From positions 1 through 62,001 of the forward strand of contig JBDTVZ010000004.1 in assembly GCA_040006935.1 (NCBI GenBank): a stretch of DNA of 62,001 nucleotides, in the 5' to 3' direction. Shown piece by piece: positions 27,305-36,666 of this stretch. The stretch's first letter is position 1; each line of letters begins with the position of its first letter. The notes beneath the pieces were generated by a model. That model saw only the letters and a program-made list of their open reading frames with translations, ran no database searches and was not told the origin of the DNA. Made by a program: the position numbers and the translations under genes. Source of the stretch: Candidatus Dojkabacteria bacterium. Its GTDB lineage: Bacteria; Patescibacteriota; Dojkabacteria; J137.

Positions 27305-28645
27305 ATGAGCCTGAGCAAAGGAAAAAAGACTCTGACAGTTCTAAGTGCGTTTGCACTCCTATTCTTATTTTCATTTCTCATTCCACGCCACACAATCGCA
27401 CAAGTGAATATTAATAGTAGTGAAAATACCAAACCAAAATATTACGAACTCACAGATTCGATAATTAACTTCAGTTCTGCTTCTCCAACTGAAAACAATA
27501 TAAATAATGATTTCTTAAATATTTTTACTCAGCCAGATGTGGATGCAAATGGAAATATTACTTATAAAACAATCTTTTCGAGTATTGAGCAAATGATAAA
27601 AGATAGTCCGTTTATCCCAGAAGGAATCAAGCAATTTATCTTAACAAATGGGTTGCCAACGTCAGTTTCTTTTGGAGTTTCATTATTTATATTGCCATTA
27701 CTACTTTCATTTTTACCTCTACTTTTAGCACCACAATTATTATTGGTTCTACTAGCATCAATTTTTGGTGAACGCAAAAATGTACTTGGAATTGTTTATG
27801 ATATAAAAACAACTAAGCCAATCCCTTTTGTAGTTGTAAGAGTTTTTCGGGCAGGAAGTACTCAACTTATTATTCAAAAGATAACAGATTTGCAAGGTCG
27901 TTACGGTTTTGTTCTATCTGAAGGTAAATACAGAGTATCTATAAATCACAGCGGTTATGAAAAATTTCAAAAGGATATAGAAATAAAAGAAGATGTGGAT
28001 TTATTTGCAGAAGATATTCCATTGGGAACTGGAAAAAATGTTACATTTATACAAAATATTTCGATTTATTATAGAAAAGTAAGAGATTTCTTATTAAAGA
28101 ATTCAGTCTGGCTATCAGTTGTGGGATTTATTTTCGCAATTATTGGGTTTTACCTTAAAAGAACAGCATTAGACTTAGCACTATTAATTTTATATTCACT
28201 AGTGCTAGGATTTTACCTTCTTATTAGAGTCAAAAATGCAAAAAGAAGATGGGGAGTAGTAAAAGATAGTTTAACTGGGTTGGCAATATCAGGTGCATTC
28301 GTAAGAGTTTTCGATAAAAAGAACAGTCTTTCGGATACACAAATCACTGATGATAGTGGGAGGTATAGTTTTTATGTTGACCCTGGAGATTATTCGCTAT
28401 TTGCACAAGCTTATGGCTACAAGTTCCCAGCAGAAAATCAAACTACAGAAGTTAAAACTGTTAATAATTCACAATTACTTGGGTTTACTGCAGGTAGGTC
28501 GCAATGGTTAGATAAACAAATTCTTGTAGATCCAGATAAAAATGGAACAACAAAACCTGTGTATAATGTTACTAATGCAAAAGTTTTGCCATACAAATCT
28601 GATAATTTAATTAGTCCTTTTAACTCAACACTTAAAACAACATAA
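27305..28645 (+). CDS. Membrane protein with two carboxypeptidase-regulatory-like (CarboxypepD_reg) beta-sandwich domains
   Basis: Signal peptide and several TM helices. Two repeats of GxVxD...P(I/A)...VRVF...TD..GRY.F....G.Y. Confidence 0.5.
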   Translation: MSLSKGKKTLTVLSAFALLFLFSFLIPRHTIAQVNINSSENTKPKYYELTDSIINFSSASPTENNINNDFLNIFTQPDVDANGNITYKTIFSSIEQMIKDSPFIPEGIKQFILTNGLPTSVSFGVSLFILPLLLSFLPLLLAPQLLLVLLASIFGERKNVLGIVYDIKTTKPIPFVVVRVFRAGSTQLIIQKITDLQGRYGFVLSEGKYRVSINHSGYEKFQKDIEIKEDVDLFAEDIPLGTGKNVTFIQNISIYYRKVRDFLLKNSVWLSVVGFIFAIIGFYLKRTALDLALLILYSLVLGFYLLIRVKNAKRRWGVVKDSLTGLAISGAFVRVFDKKNSLSDTQITDDSGRYSFYVDPGDYSLFAQAYGYKFPAENQTTEVKTVNNSQLLGFTAGRSQWLDKQILVDPDKNGTTKPVYNVTNAKVLPYKSDNLISPFNSTLKTT

Positions 28646-28646
28646 A

Positions 28647-31640
28647 ATGCGAAAAGTTAAACTTTCAATAAAAATAATTGCAATATTACTCATCTTATTT
28701 CTTGTTCCTGCAACAAAAACACATGCACAAACAAGCGATACAATTGAGTTTAAGACTTCAATTATAGATCAAGATCAAAATGCATTGCCAGATGGAACCT
28801 ACAATTTTAGGTTTGCTTTATATAATCAACCACTGGGTGGAATTGCATTATGGAGCGAGGATTGGTTTGGAGTTCAAGTTCGAAAAGCCGCAATAAGTGT
28901 ACCTTTAGGAAGTGCTGTTGCTTTCCCAAAAAATCTGTTTAAGAATTCTTCACTTTATCTTCAAATCTGCTTAGATGCTAACTCATCTGGTGGAGATGGA
29001 AGTAATGAGTGCGCTGGGAGTTATGAGGAAAATTTTAAACCTCGAAAAGTAATAACTGCTGTCCCTTGGGCATTTAATGCTAAGTCACTTGGACCTGTAA
29101 CGATTGCAAATGGTGAAACTGGATATAATGTCGATACTTATGGTGATCAAGGTAAATTATTAAATCTAAACTTTAACGATAATCAAAGATTTACTGTTTC
29201 ATCAAATGGGGACGTGAATTTTGGAGTAGGTTTAACTAATTTTGTATTCTCACCTGAGAATAATCTATTAAAACTTACAGAAAGTTCTGATATTTATTTT
29301 GGAGATAATATTTCATTAAGAGGTACAACCGGGGCAGGATTAGTAGGGATTTCAACATTGGGTTTACAAAGTATTACAGGAAATACTTTGCAAGCAGTTG
29401 TCAATAATATTGATGGATTATTAAAATGGAGACCAAATGGAAATTCAATTTTTTATAATGGTGGAAATGTTGGCGTTGGAATAAGCGCACCAGCATATCC
29501 ATTAGATATTAACGGAACGGGTAATTTCACAAATGGAATAATTATTGGAGATAATACAAATATTACTGCAGGTGCAATCAGATTTGCAGCTTCAACATTT
29601 GAAGGTTATGATGGAGTTTCTTGGATTCCTTTTGCAGGAGCTGGTAGTCTTCCGGTAACAGACAATGGAGCAGGGTTAGCTTATATTACAAATATTGCTA
29701 ATGACTTTGCTGTCGGAGGTTCTTCTACTTCAGCACCATATTACTTTAATCCAGATGTAGGAACAGGTTTTGCAACATATTTAAGACCAATTTCAGTTGG
29801 CGATAATACAGGTTTCAATCCCGGCACTAACTTAATTTCTCTTAATGCAACTGGAACAGCTGCTGTATCAGGAGGTAATTATAGTTCGTTTAGAAATAAT
29901 TTAGCCTATACACCAACCGGTGGTGCAGGGATAGAAGTTGTTCATGGTAATGAAGTAAATGTAACTGTAAATGCTGGAGATGGAACAGGACTGTCTCGAA
30001 TTAGAGGGCAACGAACTGTAGTTACAAATAACTCATCAGGAGTTACAGATATAGTTTTGGGGAATTCAACACAGGTTAATAATAATGGAGTTACAACGGG
30101 CAATGTAAACGCACTCTTTGGCAATGTGACTAATACAGCAGACTATAACTTACTTTTTGGAGTCACTGCTCAGGCATCCAATTCTTCAGCAGCTTACTCT
30201 GGTACAGGATCTGTAGCAGGTTTAAATATATCAGCACAAAATAATGGTGGTGGTGCATCTGGTACATTGCAAGGCATCTCTGCACTAGCACAAAATGATG
30301 GGACTGTTGATGCTCAACAATATGTATTTGCAGGATCTCTAATTAATAATGGTACTGCAACAACAGCATTAACTTATGGAGAAAGACTTACTACAAGAAA
30401 TAACGGCAATACTGGAGAGTATGGAGGAGGGTTCTTCGAAACATACAATAATGGAGATACTAATGGGCAACCTGCAAATGGAGTAAGAAATTTTATCTAT
30501 AATGGTGATAGTGCTGTTGCAACCACACCAACCTTGAATGGAATTAGTAATTTAACTCAAAATTTTGCCCTGGGGAATGTAACAGGAGATCTTAGAGGCA
30601 TAAGTAATACTGTTGCAAATTCAGGAGTTGTCTTTGGTAATATCTACGGAATAATTTCAACAGATGGGACAACAACAGTAATGATTAATTCTAATTCAAC
30701 TTATGCAATTGATACTACAGGTGGACCAGTTCGTTTTAGTAATGAGGCTGTTGTGGGAAATAGTATAGGATCAGAAACGGGATCTATTAGGTTCAATGGT
30801 ACGGATTTTGAAGGATACAATGGATCTACTTGGGTTCCTTTTGGCGGCGGATCAAGTCAATGGACAGATAGTGGATCAAATATATATTTTGTAGGTGGGG
30901 CAGTCGGAATAGGTGCAAGCCCTAGTGGAAGTTATGCATTAGAAGTAACAGGAGATGCCTATATTTCTGCAACTTCTACACTTATAGGGGCAGTAGGAAT
31001 AGGAACAGTGCCGGGAGTAGATATGCTTACAGTAAATGGTACTTCGAATTTTGGGAATGATATTAGTATTACTGGAACAACTACAACAACATTCCTGAAC
31101 GTAAACAGTACTTCTCAATTTAATGGAGATGTTCTAGTTAGTAATGCATCCCTTTGTGTAGATGGTGGGACTGGATGTCCAGCATTATCACCGGGCGGAA
31201 TTTATGGTGACCTTGCATATCAAGAGTTTGACGTAGCAGAAAATATTCTTGCAGAAAGTAATATTGAAGCTGGGGATCTTGTTAGTACCAAAGAAGGCGA
31301 GAGAGAAGTAGTAAGGAAATCAAATTCAGCAAATGAGAGAAATTTATTAGGTATTATAAGTACAAATCCCGGTTCTTTAGGAGGATTTAATCTTCAACCC
31401 AGAAATGGGTTTATAGTATTACCTCTAGTTCTAAGTGGAAGAGTCCCAGTAAAAGTGAGTATAGAAAATGGCTCAATTTCTGCGGGAGATCCTATAACTA
31501 GCTCATCAATTCCAGGAGTTGGAATGAAAGCTACTTCTTCTAAAGCTAAGATAGTTGGATATGCAATGGAATCTTATAGTGGTCAATTAGGTCAAATCTC
31601 TAAGATAGTAGTAATATTTCAACCTGGATATCTTCCTTAA
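28647..31640 (+). CDS. Giant secreted fibre-like (tail-fibre-like) surface protein
   Basis: 997 aa with a signal peptide, rich in Gly, Asn and Thr. Duplicated motif GAIRFAASTFEGYDGVSWIPFAG / GSIRFNGTDFEGYNGSTWVPFGG. NVGVGI/AVGIGA-type repeats. C-terminal domain GDLVST...LLGIISTNPG...LSGRVPVKV...GDPITSS. Confidence 0.55.
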   Translation: MRKVKLSIKIIAILLILFLVPATKTHAQTSDTIEFKTSIIDQDQNALPDGTYNFRFALYNQPLGGIALWSEDWFGVQVRKAAISVPLGSAVAFPKNLFKNSSLYLQICLDANSSGGDGSNECAGSYEENFKPRKVITAVPWAFNAKSLGPVTIANGETGYNVDTYGDQGKLLNLNFNDNQRFTVSSNGDVNFGVGLTNFVFSPENNLLKLTESSDIYFGDNISLRGTTGAGLVGISTLGLQSITGNTLQAVVNNIDGLLKWRPNGNSIFYNGGNVGVGISAPAYPLDINGTGNFTNGIIIGDNTNITAGAIRFAASTFEGYDGVSWIPFAGAGSLPVTDNGAGLAYITNIANDFAVGGSSTSAPYYFNPDVGTGFATYLRPISVGDNTGFNPGTNLISLNATGTAAVSGGNYSSFRNNLAYTPTGGAGIEVVHGNEVNVTVNAGDGTGLSRIRGQRTVVTNNSSGVTDIVLGNSTQVNNNGVTTGNVNALFGNVTNTADYNLLFGVTAQASNSSAAYSGTGSVAGLNISAQNNGGGASGTLQGISALAQNDGTVDAQQYVFAGSLINNGTATTALTYGERLTTRNNGNTGEYGGGFFETYNNGDTNGQPANGVRNFIYNGDSAVATTPTLNGISNLTQNFALGNVTGDLRGISNTVANSGVVFGNIYGIISTDGTTTVMINSNSTYAIDTTGGPVRFSNEAVVGNSIGSETGSIRFNGTDFEGYNGSTWVPFGGGSSQWTDSGSNIYFVGGAVGIGASPSGSYALEVTGDAYISATSTLIGAVGIGTVPGVDMLTVNGTSNFGNDISITGTTTTTFLNVNSTSQFNGDVLVSNASLCVDGGTGCPALSPGGIYGDLAYQEFDVAENILAESNIEAGDLVSTKEGEREVVRKSNSANERNLLGIISTNPGSLGGFNLQPRNGFIVLPLVLSGRVPVKVSIENGSISAGDPITSSSIPGVGMKATSSKAKIVGYAMESYSGQLGQISKIVVIFQPGYLP

Positions 31641-31719
31641 TGAATGATGGTTCGACAAGCTCACCATGACAATAGATGTGTCAACCTGAGCGTAGCTGAA
31701 GGGTCATTATTTGATTTCT

Positions 31720-33291
31720 TCATTTTTTAACGATTCCTTTCTCACTCCATTTTATTTGTTTTGCATGTTCCTGTCCTAACATCATTCTTGTTGTTGCCTC
31801 TACAAATGGAAGAAAGCTGAAAGTTAATAGAGCTACAATATTCAAAGGCAGCTCGATAACAAGTAATAAAGCCAGTTTGAACCAAGACATAGTTTTTGGT
31901 TTAGGAGGCACTAAAAGTATTTTTAAAATTGCAGTAGGGATCAGAAATATCGTTGTAATATTCAAAATTGCAGATATTATCCTAGGTGCCGTAAATGAAA
32001 TAACATAGTTATCTAAATCGTGATTGAAGAATAGTAATAATGGCAAACCAAAAGCAATTAAAAAAGTAATCACTTTACTTAAAACAAAAACTTCAACAAG
32101 ATGAATTGCTTTTGTAATTCTTTCAATAGGACTAATTTTTATACTAGAAAAAATCACCTTAATTCCTATTGGAAAACTTATAACTCCCCACCCCCATCTT
32201 AAATATTGTTTATATTGTTCTGCATGATTCTTTAAATATTTAGGATCGTATATGGCATCAGCGGATAATGGTATAAAAAATACTTCACAATGCCAATCTG
32301 CATTCAAATACATATAGGGTCTCCAGTAGAAAGTAGTATCATCAATTCCTAAAGAAGTATCCCAATAGTTAACCTTTTTCATTAAGTCTAAGCTTAAAGT
32401 GTAACAAGAGAAAGTCTCTCTTCTATTTTTCTCCATTATTGATGATGCAAGAATAGGTATTGTTAGACTAATAGAAAGTATTCTTATAAACAAAGGTACA
32501 TCCCAATAATTATTATTAAATGTATAAACAGCAGTCTGGTAATATTTTTGACTTCGTTTTTCTGCGTTCAACCATTTATATGTTAGCGCAGCAAAATATT
32601 CTTTATGGAAGGTAATATCACCATCTGGTGCTGTAATTAAAAACTCTTTAATACTTTCCCCCCTTCTTTCCAATTCCTCTACACTGTTTTTAGTTCCCCA
32701 TGTTCTATTTGCAGCAGCACCAATAGCCTCTCCAACAACACCATCCGGATGAGTAAAACACATTAATCTATCACCAAAAAAATCTCCGAAGTCTTTTTTT
32801 AAATACTCACCTCTTTTAGCATATTCTGTGTCTTTGATAGCTTTTCTTTCCTCAATAGAAACCGCAAGATATAATAGTTCACGGGGGTAATTTTGTTTAG
32901 TGATGGCACTAATAGTTCTACTTAAAATTTCATAACTCTCACCATAATTTGCAATTACAATAAGTTGTTTAGGAAATAATGCAGGAGTAATTTCTCCAGG
33001 ATTAGGTAAAGAGGCCTTATCTAATTTTAAGCATTGTTCCCTCCAATCAATTTCTAATGCTTGCCTATATTTTATATAACCAATTATGCCTCCAACTGTG
33101 ACAATACAGGCTCTAAATAACCAATAGATAGAAAGGACAATTATAAAATTTATTATCAATAAGGGAATGGAATTACTCCCAACAATAGGTAAAAGTATTA
33201 GAAACCAAATCAAGAATCCAGGGATGATTTCAAGAATTCTCTCGAAAATATTATTGATGTTTAGCTTTTCAGACATATAAAAGTATAACAT
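31720..33291 (-). CDS. Polytopic processive family-2 glycosyltransferase (cellulose/chitin-synthase-like)
   Basis: TM helices flank a cytoplasmic GT2 domain. It carries APDGDITF (DxD-like) and the QxxRW-type motif (QYLRWGWG). Confidence 0.6.
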   Translation of the reverse strand: MLYFYMSEKLNINNIFERILEIIPGFLIWFLILLPIVGSNSIPLLIINFIIVLSIYWLFRACIVTVGGIIGYIKYRQALEIDWREQCLKLDKASLPNPGEITPALFPKQLIVIANYGESYEILSRTISAITKQNYPRELLYLAVSIEERKAIKDTEYAKRGEYLKKDFGDFFGDRLMCFTHPDGVVGEAIGAAANRTWGTKNSVEELERRGESIKEFLITAPDGDITFHKEYFAALTYKWLNAEKRSQKYYQTAVYTFNNNYWDVPLFIRILSISLTIPILASSIMEKNRRETFSCYTLSLDLMKKVNYWDTSLGIDDTTFYWRPYMYLNADWHCEVFFIPLSADAIYDPKYLKNHAEQYKQYLRWGWGVISFPIGIKVIFSSIKISPIERITKAIHLVEVFVLSKVITFLIAFGLPLLLFFNHDLDNYVISFTAPRIISAILNITTIFLIPTAILKILLVPPKPKTMSWFKLALLLVIELPLNIVALLTFSFLPFVEATTRMMLGQEHAKQIKWSEKGIVKK

Positions 33292-33325
33292 TTATAAATA
33301 TTAATTCTCTTTCTAGTCTAAATTA

Positions 33326-34447
33326 TTAGAAGGGAACAAACGGTGCAGGATCTACTGCTACGCCATCTTTAAATATGCTTAAATGTAAGTGAACCCCAGT
33401 ACTATTTCCAGTTGTTCCCATATACATAATTAATTGACCTTGCTCAACATGGTCACCAGTCTTAACCCAAATGTCGCCGTTTCCATGATAATAATGGCTT
33501 ACAATTCCACCACCATGATCGATTCTTACATTATATCCCTCTCCAAACGAAGACCAACCTGCGTATACTACTGTACCACTAGCGATTGCAGAAATTGGAC
33601 ATCCTGGCCATTTAGCTAAATCTACCCCATTGTGATAACTTAAGAATCCTCTGGATTCCTGATATCCTGCACAATCTGGATGTTGAAGAGGGTTGATAAA
33701 TACCCCCATAGGAATTTCCGCTAACTCTCCAACTCCATTGCCTTTTAAGTTACCATCAGGAATAAATAATTTTTGCCCAGGAGTAAGAGAGTAAGGCTCG
33801 TTCAGATTATTAAATTGCTCTATATTAAACCTATTCGCCTCATCGTTAGTTAAGCTTGCAGTTGCAATAATACTATCAATAGTATCTCCATTCTTCACCT
33901 CATATAGAACGCCATTAATTTCGGGAATTACCAAACTCTCTCCAGTATTTACTTTCCCAGTTAATAACTCGCCAATGCTTAAATTTTTTACATTTGCCCA
34001 TCTTATTGTATCTGCAGTTATATTAAATTGCTTAGCAACTGTATCTAAAGTATCGCCTATCTTGGTGGAATATTTTTGTGTATTCACTCCAAGTCCAAAA
34101 TCATTGGAAATTAGTACTGTCTGTAAAGATCCCCCTTGTTCTAACAAATCAAAAGAGCCGATAGAATTATCGGACTTTGCTATCCCACTGGAACTAGCTT
34201 CTATTCTCGAAAATAATCCAAAGACAGCGACTGTCATTGTAATAAAGAGGAGAATTATATGAGAAAGGTTTCTATAGGTATGGCTGCGTCCCCAGAAAAG
34301 TCGACTGACAAGCAAATTTTTGAAATTATTTACTACCTTAAGTATAAGTCTAAAAATTTTAAATGCCCAATTTTTAGGCCTATCTAATTTGCTAGGAGTT
34401 TTTTTCTCGGCCGTACTTTTTCTTATGTATACAACATTCTGCTTCAT
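33326..34447 (-). CDS. LysM-domain M23 family metallopeptidase
   Basis: N-terminal TM, two LysM-like repeats (GDTLDTVAKQFNI..., GDTIDSIIATASL...) and M23 motifs HNGVDLA and GVHLHLSIF. Confidence 0.8.
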   Translation of the reverse strand: MKQNVVYIRKSTAEKKTPSKLDRPKNWAFKIFRLILKVVNNFKNLLVSRLFWGRSHTYRNLSHIILLFITMTVAVFGLFSRIEASSSGIAKSDNSIGSFDLLEQGGSLQTVLISNDFGLGVNTQKYSTKIGDTLDTVAKQFNITADTIRWANVKNLSIGELLTGKVNTGESLVIPEINGVLYEVKNGDTIDSIIATASLTNDEANRFNIEQFNNLNEPYSLTPGQKLFIPDGNLKGNGVGELAEIPMGVFINPLQHPDCAGYQESRGFLSYHNGVDLAKWPGCPISAIASGTVVYAGWSSFGEGYNVRIDHGGGIVSHYYHGNGDIWVKTGDHVEQGQLIMYMGTTGNSTGVHLHLSIFKDGVAVDPAPFVPF

Positions 34448-34459
34448 TTTGAAACATTG

Positions 34460-34508
34460 GGATAAAAAATCCGGCCTACCTAATTATATTTAAGTAAACC
34501 GGATTTAA
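34460..34508 (-). terminator. Rho-independent terminator after lemA (minus strand)
   Basis: On the minus strand: aaatccgg...ccggattt followed by tttttt, between lemA and the M23 gene. Confidence 0.55.
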
Positions 34509-34511
34509 AAT

Positions 34512-35090
34512 TTAAAACTGAACTTTTACATTTTCTCTTTCTTCGGCGTTAGCAACTTCGAAGAATTTTCTTGGCATTATTCTAAAAAATCCTGCTACTA
34601 CGCTATTTGGAAATACTGTGATTTTTAAGTTTAGATCTCTAACTGTGCCATTATAATATCTTCTTGCAGATTCAATATCTGTTTCGATCTCTTGTAAAGA
34701 AGATTGAAGTTTCATGAAATTTTCATTGGATTTAAGTTCGGGATAATTTTCTGCTACTGCAAACAAAGTCTTTAAAGTAGATCTTAACTCACCTTCCATT
34801 TGTCCTAATTTTTCTGGATCGGAACCAGCATTCATCATTCCAGATCTTAATGCTGCAACTTTCTCGAACACATCTTTCTCTTGTTTAGCATAGCCTTTTA
34901 CGGTTTCAACTAAATTTGGAATTAAATCAAATCTCTTCTTAAGTTGGACATCAATTCCGCTCCAACCTTCATCTGCTAACACGTTTAGACTTCTTAGCCC
35001 GTTATAGATTCCAACAACAAATAAAGCTATTGCTCCAGCTATTAGAGCAAAAATACATAAGCAAACAACTAAAATACCTAACATTCCCAT
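34512..35090 (-). CDS. lemA: LemA family protein
   Basis: N-terminal TM, then GIYNGLRSLNVLADEGWSGIDVQLKKRFDLIPNLVETVKGYA, typical of LemA. Confidence 0.85.
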   Translation of the reverse strand: MGMLGILVVCLCIFALIAGAIALFVVGIYNGLRSLNVLADEGWSGIDVQLKKRFDLIPNLVETVKGYAKQEKDVFEKVAALRSGMMNAGSDPEKLGQMEGELRSTLKTLFAVAENYPELKSNENFMKLQSSLQEIETDIESARRYYNGTVRDLNLKITVFPNSVVAGFFRIMPRKFFEVANAEERENVKVQF

Positions 35091-35272
35091 AATTTAAAAA
35101 TAATAATTATAATTCTATTATAGTTCAGAGAAAAGATATCTGCAAATTTACATAATCGACATTTTTATAGGAAAATATGAGTTATTTAGCTTAAATGGCT
35201 AGTATAATTCTGGACTTTGCACACCAATATTTACTATAATCTATTAAATAAATTATTTATTAATTATTAAAG

Positions 35273-36154
35273 ATGGAAAGTTTTAAAGTTAACGAGGCTT
35301 GGACATATCTATTTAAGGAAAAACAATGGGGTTGGAAATTATTCATTCCGCTTATTTTAATGGGTCTTTTGGTTGCAGTTATTCTACTTCTTGGAATTCC
35401 GTTAGTAGTTTCTGCTGTTGGAGCTTCCTCAGGCAAGAGCAATACTGAGGTTTTTGGAGGTATATTTTTAATTGCTTTATTATGCATGTGTTGCCTATTA
35501 TTTGTCTATGTGATCGTAGCTTCCATAGTAAATCTTTGGTACAACTATGAATATACTCAGATATCTTTAGAAGGAAGAGAGAGTACTTTAATTTACAAAT
35601 CCAAATTTATTGATGTACTTAAAAGAGCAGGTAAACTTTACTTAGTTAATTTTATTTATAATATCCCAACAAGTATTCTTGTAAGTTTGTTTTATGTAAT
35701 GTTTATACTTGCAGGAGGAACAGCAGGATTGGCTACTTCGTCAAAATTGGGTACTCTTAAATCAGCTCCCACATTTAGTGCTGCAGCTATTCTAATACTA
35801 TGTATGATTTTTCTTATAGTTATATTTATAGTATTGCCTTATAACTTTTATATTGTGCAAACCGCTAGGGTTCAGTTGATTAAAACTAATACATTTAGTA
35901 AAGCATTTCAGCTAAGCACAATATTCTCTATAATCAAAAAGAATTTCTACAAATTATCGATGTTTTTAGGAATACTTTTCTTATACGGATTAGCTTATAT
36001 AATGCTTAATTTTGTACTAGGACTTCTCTCAATAATTCCATTAGTGGGACTTTGCTTAATACCGGCAAATTTTCTACTTAGTATTTTAGTTGTGTTCTTT
36101 ACTATGTTTGTTTACCCATACATGGTAGGAAGTGTATACAAGGATTTAAAGTAA
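35273..36154 (+). CDS. Polytopic membrane protein (DUF4013-like)
   Basis: 293-aa ORF with 6-7 hydrophobic helices. The family assignment rests on weak recognition only. Confidence 0.4.
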   Translation: MESFKVNEAWTYLFKEKQWGWKLFIPLILMGLLVAVILLLGIPLVVSAVGASSGKSNTEVFGGIFLIALLCMCCLLFVYVIVASIVNLWYNYEYTQISLEGRESTLIYKSKFIDVLKRAGKLYLVNFIYNIPTSILVSLFYVMFILAGGTAGLATSSKLGTLKSAPTFSAAAILILCMIFLIVIFIVLPYNFYIVQTARVQLIKTNTFSKAFQLSTIFSIIKKNFYKLSMFLGILFLYGLAYIMLNFVLGLLSIIPLVGLCLIPANFLLSILVVFFTMFVYPYMVGSVYKDLK

Positions 36155-36619
36155 TTGGAACCTCAAGAGTACAAACTAAGTAAGTTGAGTTCCCGAGAGA
36201 TTGAAAAATTAACAGAGGGAATAGTGCTTGATGTAAAGAGATCTTTTGATTCAACAATAATTGTAGCAACAATGATGCTCATAATTGCATTCTTGAATCT
36301 TAGGCCAATGGATGACCTTTCAGAGATACAAACTAGATTTAATATTAGTTTTCCATTCATTGGTCTTTTATTGATTAACCTTATTCATGCTGTTGATGCA
36401 AATCTTGGCTATTCTTTTAAACGAAAGAGTAATACCTATAAAGAATTTATTAAAGAACTTTTAAAAGATCAAGCGATAACAGCAGATGAATATGTAAGGG
36501 GGAAAGAGAAACTCTCTACAATTCACCTTATTATTTTTGTAAGATCCAAATTAGATCATTCAACAAAAGATTTTGATGATGAATTCAATAGTTTTATAAG
36601 TTGGCTAATAAAGAATTAA
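36155..36619 (+). CDS. Hypothetical protein (TTG start)
   Basis: 154-aa ORF starting immediately after the upstream stop. It has two central hydrophobic segments. Confidence 0.35.
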   Translation: MEPQEYKLSKLSSREIEKLTEGIVLDVKRSFDSTIIVATMMLIIAFLNLRPMDDLSEIQTRFNISFPFIGLLLINLIHAVDANLGYSFKRKSNTYKEFIKELLKDQAITADEYVRGKEKLSTIHLIIFVRSKLDHSTKDFDDEFNSFISWLIKN

Positions 36620-36666
36620 TGTCATATTTCAAGTATAATCACTTCATATATATTATTTATTTCTAG

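Noticed and set aside
28647-31640. Tail-fibre-like protein as evidence of a prophage.
   Set aside because: No capsid, portal, terminase, baseplate, lysis or integrase genes are in the vicinity. The flanks are murG and cell-envelope genes.
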